Part shown: piece by piece, positions 63,558 through 64,000 of the stretch | Numbering within the stretch: the first letter of the stretch is position 1 | How the letters are laid out: the number at the start of each line of letters is the position of its first letter | Assembly (NCBI GenBank): GCA_001661245.1 | Contig: KV454018.1 | Location: forward strand, 439,944 to 503,943 | Reading direction: 5' to 3' | Source of the DNA: Pachysolen tannophilus NRRL Y-2460 | Taxonomy: Eukaryota | DNA: 64,000 nt | Notes under the pieces: generated by a model | Database searches by the model: none | What the model saw: only the letters and a program-made list of their open reading frames with translations | What the model was told of the DNA's origin: nothing | Program-made: the position numbers and the translations under genes

Positions 63558-64000
63558 ATGGGTAAATATTGGTGTAAGCACTGCTCTATAGTAAGTATTC
63601 ATTTAGTTTAGTTGTTTGATCTCATTTTTTTGCTTTTGCTTTCATTTGAATACTAACAGTTGTACCAAGTTTGTTGATGAAAATAAAATACAAAAATTAA
63701 GGCATGAAAGTTCTGGAAGGCATCAAAGAAATATATCTCATTTATTGAAGAGTCTTCATGAGAAGAATAAAAATGAAAAAAAAGATTTGAAACTTGCAAG
63801 AGAAGAACTTGAAAGAATTAATAGGGAAATAGGTGGTGAAATAAGTAATGATAAACCTAAAAAATTTATTAAAGTGCCCAAGAAAATTGATAAAGATAAT
63901 GAACAAGAGGAAAAATCTGGAGTTATAGGTAATTGGGAACCTACCACCAATTCAAGAGAAGAAGATACTTCTTCCAAAGATAAGGAAATAGTATCAAATT
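63558..64000 (+). CDS. U1-C/matrin-type zinc finger protein (WBP4/FBP21-like), runs off window; exons 63558-63590 and 63670->64000
   Basis: MGKYWCKHCSI, then intron 63591-63669 (GTAAGT..TACTAAC..AAG), then FVDENKIQKLRHESSGRHQRNI, giving CxxC..H..H. Frame stays open to the window end. Confidence 0.8.

Noticed and set aside
63651..63659. TACTAACAG as a fused branch/acceptor site
   Set aside because: Its use gives a stop within six codons. The downstream AAG restores the zinc finger.
1953..63977. Numerous 60-190 aa ORFs antisense to or overlapping real genes
   Set aside because: Shadow frames of AT-rich or triplet-repeat coding sequence with no independent motifs.

Overview
AT-rich, gene-dense chromosomal DNA from a budding yeast (Saccharomycotina), with two assembly gaps. 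It holds about 28 protein genes: COG3, TFB5, VPS41, PBP2, SWC5, an OPT transporter, SNF4, ZRT2, DIP2, DCN1, APC2, a DEAH helicase, a RAD55-like gene, an SNG1-like gene, a globin, a methyltransferase, TEF1, KAP122, RFA1, RPN14, COG7, PMC1, a UBE2W-like E2, MDM38, CWF19, a WBP4-like gene and two orphans, plus a compact U2 snRNA gene. The strongest signal is a non-standard genetic code. In-frame CTG codons repeatedly sit where homologues have Ala or another small residue, and they form runs after poly-Gln, so CUG appears to be read as Ala. This is known for the Pachysolen/Nakazawaea/Peterozyma clade, and it means the supplied ORF track mistranslates those codons. Four intron-containing genes are missed or mis-modelled by the track, including TFB5 with a 16-nt micro-exon. 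Three of their six introns need AAG 3' splice sites. Three genes are broken at A homopolymers, and adding one A repairs each. Gene identities come from recalled motif similarity, not database searches.
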